From Pyrinomonadaceae bacterium (GTDB lineage Bacteria > Acidobacteriota > Blastocatellia > Pyrinomonadales > Pyrinomonadaceae): a stretch of 64,000 nt of DNA. The stretch covers positions 1,039 to 65,038 of the forward strand of contig JBJMGS010000012.1 in the NCBI GenBank assembly GCA_045807785.1, written 5' to 3'. The notes beneath the pieces were generated by a model, which was not told where the DNA came from, ran no database searches, and saw only the letters and a program-made list of their open reading frames with translations. Shown in pieces: positions 59,558-64,000 of the stretch; positions within the stretch are counted from its first letter, which is position 1; each line of letters opens with the position of its first letter. Position numbers and translations under genes: made by a program.

Positions 59558-62056
59558 TTACGACAGCGCCGTCTCTCGGACGCCCTGCGCGTCGTCGTCC
59601 GTCACCGCGTCGGCGACGGACTTTCCCACAGTCTTAGTTTCACTTTCAGTTTGCTCAAACAGAACTGGTGACAAGCCGAGTGTGAGCGCCAGACCACGAA
59701 GCGCATCGCGCCCCGCGCCTTCTCGCACAGACTCGTAGGCGATCTCCTGTGCGCGCTCGACGTCTGCGTCGAGACCGAGACTGTGCGCGACGCGGATCAG
59801 CTCGAAGGCGGCCGCGAGATTTTCCGGCGTGGGCGCAGCGACCGTCTCGCCGACGGCGCGCGTAATCAGTCGCTCGACGCTACGGCGCGTGCGTGCGCGG
59901 TCGATCCGGTAGCCGAGCCGCGCGATCTCGTCGGCGATCTCGACCGCCGCGCGCAAGGAAGCTGGCGACGGGTCGCGCTCAAGACTTTGCAGGCTCAACT
60001 CGAAGCGGCGACCGACGGTGAACTCGGCGGCAGCGCGCAGCTCCGGCGGCAGCTCGAAGCCCGCGTCGTGCAGCATCTCGATGTTGCGCCGGTTCTCTTC
60101 GTAGAGAAACTCGTACTGCTCTGTGAAGCGCCCGATCATCTGCCCGAAAACGATCTCGTAGATGCCCTCGCGACCTTCGGGCAGCAGATGCTCCAGCCCG
60201 AACTCGTCAGGTCCGAACTCCTCGCGCACGAGACGCAGCAGGCGCGGCAGCGACGCGGTGCGAAACTCTTCCCGCAGTTTTTGCGCCGCCGCGGCGAACG
60301 CCGCCTCGCCCTCCGCCTCGCGCAGCGCACAGTAGAAGTCCACGTCGCCGAAGTGCATCGAGGCGGCGGCGAAGTCGAAGTGCCTGCCGGTCGCGCGCGA
60401 ACGCAGGCTCAGCCGCTCGGTCGAGAGCGCGAGCCTTCCGTGCTGCCGCATCTCGAAATCTCGGCGCGCGTAGTCGTAACCGGCGGACTGCCCGACAGCT
60501 TCGGGCGCGGCGACGAGACCCGAAATGGCGAGACTGGCCGCGACCCGGCGCGGCGAGACGCGCGAGGTTTCGACCTGCGCGCGGAAGATGTCCGCTCCGT
60601 TGCCGTGAACGCTCTCGTTACTCTCGGCTTCCGCGAGCAGTTCGAGAAATTGCGCGCGCGGCGATGCGGCATCCAACTCGTCGAGGAGATCTAGCACGCG
60701 CGCGGCGTAGCGCAAGTCCTGCACCGTCTCGATGCCGGAAATGTCGTTAAAGAACCAGCCGCAGCTCGTGAACATCATCAGCGACGCGCGCTGCATTTCG
60801 AGCAAGGATAGCGCGCGCACCTCTCCGGCATCGCCGAGGTCGTGCGCGGCTTGCTCGCGTAAAAACTGAGCGCGGTCTTGCGCGCCGCTGAGCAGCGCGA
60901 CGTAGCGGTCGCGCGCGCGCCAAGGGTCGCAGAAGAGATCGCCGCCCTGTCGCTCGAACACGCGGGCGGCTTCGTCGCGCAGGAAGTTGAGCGCGCGGCG
61001 CAGGGGCGCGCGCCAGCGCTGGTTCCAGCCTTCGGGCGCGCCGGCGTGGCAACTGCAATCGCGCGCCCAGCGGCCGAGTCCGTGCGCGCAGCTCCAGGCC
61101 GTGCCCTCGCCTGCCGCGTTGTGCCGCAGCTCGACCTCCCACGCGGGCTGGTTCTGTTCCAGGAACTCGCCGTAGTTCGTCACGCGAAACCCGCGCGCGG
61201 GCGCTTCGACTTCGAGCGTGTAGGCGAGGCAGCGGTCGCCGAACTTGAAGTGGTGCCCGTAGGTCTCGCCGTCGGTCGCGACGTTGACGAGACCGCCGCG
61301 CCCGGCGGCGCGCTCGAACCGCTCGACGAGAAGGTGACTCGACGCGAGCACGCCGTCGAAGGCGACAGACTTGACGAGCTGGCCGTCGTAGAAAAAGATG
61401 GCGATGGAGCGACCCGATCCGTCGCGGTGGAAATAGCGGTAAGGCACGCCGGTGTCGAGTGCGCCGTCAACGACCGACTCCCACACGCGCGCGCCGAGGG
61501 GACGCACGCGCGCCGCTTGAAAGGGCGAGAGGATGACGTAAGCCAGACCTTCGTCGATGAGCGCGCCGAGTGTCGCGTCGTCGCAGGCGGTTTCGGGGAG
61601 CCAGAGCGATTCGGGGTCGCGCCCAAACCTGTGTTTGAAGTCCGCCACGCCCCAGCGGATTTCCGTCAGCCGGTCGCGCTCGTTGCACAGCGGGAGGATC
61701 GAGTGGTGGTAGCCCTGCGCGATGGCGTTGCTGTGCCCGCCGCGCGTGCGCGCGCTCGCGCGGTCGGCGGCGATGACACGCGCGTAGGTTTGCGGGTGGT
61801 AGCGTTCGAGCCAGTTGAAGAGCGTCGCGCCGAAGTTGAAATTGATGTGCGCGTAGTTGTTGACGATCCGCTCGACGCGACCGTAAGCGTCCACGACGCG
61901 CGCGAAGGCGTTCGGACGGTAGCACTCGAACTGGATGCGCTCGTTCCAGTCGTGGAAGGGGCGCGCGCCCGGCTGTCGCTCGATGGAATTCGTCCACGGG
62001 TTTTCGCGCGGCGGCTGGTAAAAATGGCCGTGGACGATGAGCGCAGTCTTCTCCAT
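59558..62056 (-). CDS. Glycoside hydrolase family 57 protein with long C-terminal domain
   Basis: N-terminus LIVHGHFYQPPRENPW, and WLPETA, typical of GH57. 832 codons. Lies 21 nt upstream of glgB on the same strand. Confidence 0.8.
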   Translation of the reverse strand: MEKTALIVHGHFYQPPRENPWTNSIERQPGARPFHDWNERIQFECYRPNAFARVVDAYGRVERIVNNYAHINFNFGATLFNWLERYHPQTYARVIAADRASARTRGGHSNAIAQGYHHSILPLCNERDRLTEIRWGVADFKHRFGRDPESLWLPETACDDATLGALIDEGLAYVILSPFQAARVRPLGARVWESVVDGALDTGVPYRYFHRDGSGRSIAIFFYDGQLVKSVAFDGVLASSHLLVERFERAAGRGGLVNVATDGETYGHHFKFGDRCLAYTLEVEAPARGFRVTNYGEFLEQNQPAWEVELRHNAAGEGTAWSCAHGLGRWARDCSCHAGAPEGWNQRWRAPLRRALNFLRDEAARVFERQGGDLFCDPWRARDRYVALLSGAQDRAQFLREQAAHDLGDAGEVRALSLLEMQRASLMMFTSCGWFFNDISGIETVQDLRYAARVLDLLDELDAASPRAQFLELLAEAESNESVHGNGADIFRAQVETSRVSPRRVAASLAISGLVAAPEAVGQSAGYDYARRDFEMRQHGRLALSTERLSLRSRATGRHFDFAAASMHFGDVDFYCALREAEGEAAFAAAAQKLREEFRTASLPRLLRLVREEFGPDEFGLEHLLPEGREGIYEIVFGQMIGRFTEQYEFLYEENRRNIEMLHDAGFELPPELRAAAEFTVGRRFELSLQSLERDPSPASLRAAVEIADEIARLGYRIDRARTRRSVERLITRAVGETVAAPTPENLAAAFELIRVAHSLGLDADVERAQEIAYESVREGAGRDALRGLALTLGLSPVLFEQTESETKTVGKSVADAVTDDDAQGVRETALS

Positions 62057-62330
62057 CCGTCTCGTTCCCCGTCGAAAGGCGCGCGTGGGATGGATCGCCC
62101 GTCGCGCGAAAAATGGCTGGAATGGAATTGCGCCGTCAGTCTATCAAATCGGCGGCTCGCGCGCGACACGAGTCAGTGCGCGGCTCGTCGGTCTTGTCGC
62201 CGCGCATAGGGTTGTAGTAAGTTGCAGAAAAGTTTCCGATTCGACTGAAGTAGCGCGCGGACGGCGGCGGGAAAATCCGCCCACTTCCGTGCGTGTCATG
62301 GTTTGCGGCACGAGGCAAGGAGGCACAGAG

Positions 62331-62873
62331 ATGGCAAAGCGCATTGATGAGAGCGTGGGGGCGCGGGGCGGGCAGAAAGGCTCGGCGCGTGTGAGTAAGA
62401 AGGATCAGATTCTGTCGCTCTACATGTCGGGCATCACGGAGGTCGAAGACCTGTCGATCATCACGGGCTCGCGTCCGAGCTACGTCGGTTCGACGTTGCA
62501 GGAGGCGGGACTGAAGACCGGCTACTTCGATCTCTACACCTCTTCGGCCCACCCGATGAACGTCTATTCCAAGTTTTTCGCCAACCGACTCGGCTTCAAA
62601 GACGAGGAGACGGCGAGAGAGAGCGTCGAGATCGTCGACCGCCTACACCAACAGTTCGAGCTGGCTGGCGACCGCGCCGGCCAACACCACGCACTCTCAA
62701 TGGCGCTCGTGATGTACGACCGCGCGCGCTGGACGGGCAAGGCGGCGGAGGCAAACATCTTCCGCGCGTGGCTCTTAAACAATCTCACGGAGGCGGTCGC
62801 GTCATCCGGCGATGAAGACGGGGAAGACGCGGAGGACGCAGGTCGGTCGCGTTCGCGCACTACTCACGGCTGA
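62331..62873 (+). CDS. Hypothetical protein (possible N-terminal HTH, acidic C-terminus)
   Basis: AAGGAGG lies 7 nt upstream of ATG 62331. 180 codons. The ORF-track start at 62037 runs antisense into the GH57 gene. Confidence 0.55.
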   Translation: MAKRIDESVGARGGQKGSARVSKKDQILSLYMSGITEVEDLSIITGSRPSYVGSTLQEAGLKTGYFDLYTSSAHPMNVYSKFFANRLGFKDEETARESVEIVDRLHQQFELAGDRAGQHHALSMALVMYDRARWTGKAAEANIFRAWLLNNLTEAVASSGDEDGEDAEDAGRSRSRTTHG

Positions 62874-62965
62874 GGCTCGACGCGGTTGACTGTCGGGCAG
62901 GTTTGGCGACGATGGGGACGAGGCTGGTCTTAATCGCGTCGTCAGGCGCGCAGCGTGCGAAAGCT

Positions 62966-63568
62966 TTACGGCTCTCGTCTGACGTTGCTGAGGTGGCGGG
63001 TCGTGTCTTCCGTCACGCTGAAGTTCGCGGGGACGAACTCGTTCGTGTCGGCGGAGCGGAGGGTGCGCGGCTCCGTCTGGTTCGCCAAGGCGTCGGCGCC
63101 GCGTTCCATTTCGCGCTGGATGATGCGTGCCTGCCGCTTGCTCACGAACAGGCCGTTGATGATGAGCGCCAGTCCGACGAAGAAAGGGATGATGCCCACG
63201 ACCCACAAGTTTCTTAGAATCTGTGCGTCGCTCGGCGTGACCTTACCGCTCGCGACAATGCCGTCGAAGAGGACGCTCAGGAAGATCGACACGGCGATGC
63301 CGACGCAGCTCGTGATGACGCCCGCCTTGATCTCGTTGTAGCGTTTGATTTCGGGCGTGATGCCGCGCTGCCGCTCGACCTCTTCCTTGCGCCGCTTGCG
63401 CTCCGTCTCGGAGAGGAACATCTCCGCCACCCACGTCTTATTCCAGTCGAGCTTCTCCACCGACTCGCGCGACGCCGCCGCCTGGCGGACGCCTTGCAGG
63501 TTCGCTCCGCACAGGTTGCAGAACTTCAGATCGTCCGACTGGTTGGCGCCGCACTGTGGGCAGAACAT
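62966..63568 (-). CDS. Zinc-ribbon domain membrane protein
   Basis: MFCPQCGANQSDDLKFCNLCGANL (two CxxC pairs) followed by two hydrophobic helices. Confidence 0.7.
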   Translation of the reverse strand: MFCPQCGANQSDDLKFCNLCGANLQGVRQAAASRESVEKLDWNKTWVAEMFLSETERKRRKEEVERQRGITPEIKRYNEIKAGVITSCVGIAVSIFLSVLFDGIVASGKVTPSDAQILRNLWVVGIIPFFVGLALIINGLFVSKRQARIIQREMERGADALANQTEPRTLRSADTNEFVPANFSVTEDTTRHLSNVRREP

Positions 63569-63645
63569 GGGTGACTCCTTTCAGGCGTTCCCCGTTGAAT
63601 ACGTGCGCGCTGTGGGCGGGGTTCGGATTAAGTCGCCGTAGCGGG

Positions 63646-64000
63646 TCATCCCGCCGACGCCCGCTCTCGAAAAGTCTTCAGCACCTCGCGCTTGTCCTGC
63701 GGGCTCAGGCTCTCTAGCCCGTCGGTAACTTTGAACTTGGTGTTGACCCACTTGCGCACCTTGGCGGCGTCGTAGCCCAGCTCGCCCGCGCTCTGCAAAA
63801 TGTCGCGGTCGAGATCGGCTGCCGACTCTTCGCGGGCGGGCGCCGGGGTGGTCGCCGCCGCTTTGGGCTGTGCCGCCGGCTGCATCCGCGCCGTCTTCTG
63901 CAACTCCTCGCGCGATGCGATGCCGCGCTTCACCTCGAAACCTAAGAGCGCCAGCGCGCGACCGACTGAAGAAGTCTCGGCGTTCTCGATGTAAGAGGTC
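63646..64000 (-). CDS. Hypothetical protein, 5' end beyond the window
   Basis: The frame stays open from 63933 to the window edge (TSYIENAETSSVGRALALLGFEVKRGIASREELQK...), so the listed GTG/Met start is probably internal. Confidence 0.45.
   Translation of the reverse strand, partial: TSYIENAETSSVGRALALLGFEVKRGIASREELQKTARMQPAAQPKAAATTPAPAREESAADLDRDILQSAGELGYDAAKVRKWVNTKFKVTDGLESLSPQDKREVLKTFRERASAG

Noticed and set aside
60878-62209. 443-codon plus-strand ORF antisense to the GH57 gene (also 45702-46748 and 44544-45677, antisense to the hydrolase and unknown genes).
   Set aside because: Shadow ORFs. The opposite strand carries clear family motifs.

Overview
High-GC DNA (about 68 % GC by hand count of sample 60-nt lines). 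The gene content points to an Acidobacteriota chromosome: ADOP-type duplicated orphan permeases, a PadR-coupled permease, a VWFA-type domain protein and a BNR/sortilin-like protein. All homology calls were made by eye from motifs; no searches or folding programs were run.

**nt 1-24070, the ADOP array.** Ten head-to-tail paralogs of MacB/FtsX-like ADOP permeases lie on the + strand; the first is cut by the window edge. Seven of the nine gene junctions carry a conserved element I cannot place in any family I know. It is an array of 7-nt repeats (GTTAGCN) starting 3-9 nt after the stop codon, and the reverse-complement array (NGCTAAC) ending shortly before the next RBS. Together they can form a hairpin with a stem of about 20-35 bp. 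Because the period is 7, TAG and TAA stops fall in all three frames on both strands.

**nt 24101-29518.** The array is followed by a secreted 34-residue-repeat protein and a roughly 150-nt relic of an eleventh permease. Next come a sigma-54-type response regulator/histidine kinase pair, a PilZ protein and an arylamine N-acetyltransferase.

**nt ~29520-31730, the low-GC island.** This 2.2-kb stretch (about 45-52 % GC) holds one gene. It encodes a membrane-anchored protein with five tandem winged-helix-like modules.

**nt 31732-64000.** The rest of the window encodes:
- an ABC-2 exporter pair and a 1155-aa BNR/Asp-box protein
- a ~29-residue-repeat protein
- a PadR regulator overlapping an N-terminally extended ADOP permease
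- a minus-strand run of unknown protein, Tat serine hydrolase, VWA protein and di-heme cytochrome-like protein
- rpoD, a BON protein, an acyltransferase, a SurA-like/DsbA fusion and an orphan ExbD
- a beta-propeller/phosphoesterase fusion coupled to glgB, and a GH57 gene
- three small genes of unknown function

No rRNA, tRNA, CRISPR array, transposase or integrase was recognised.
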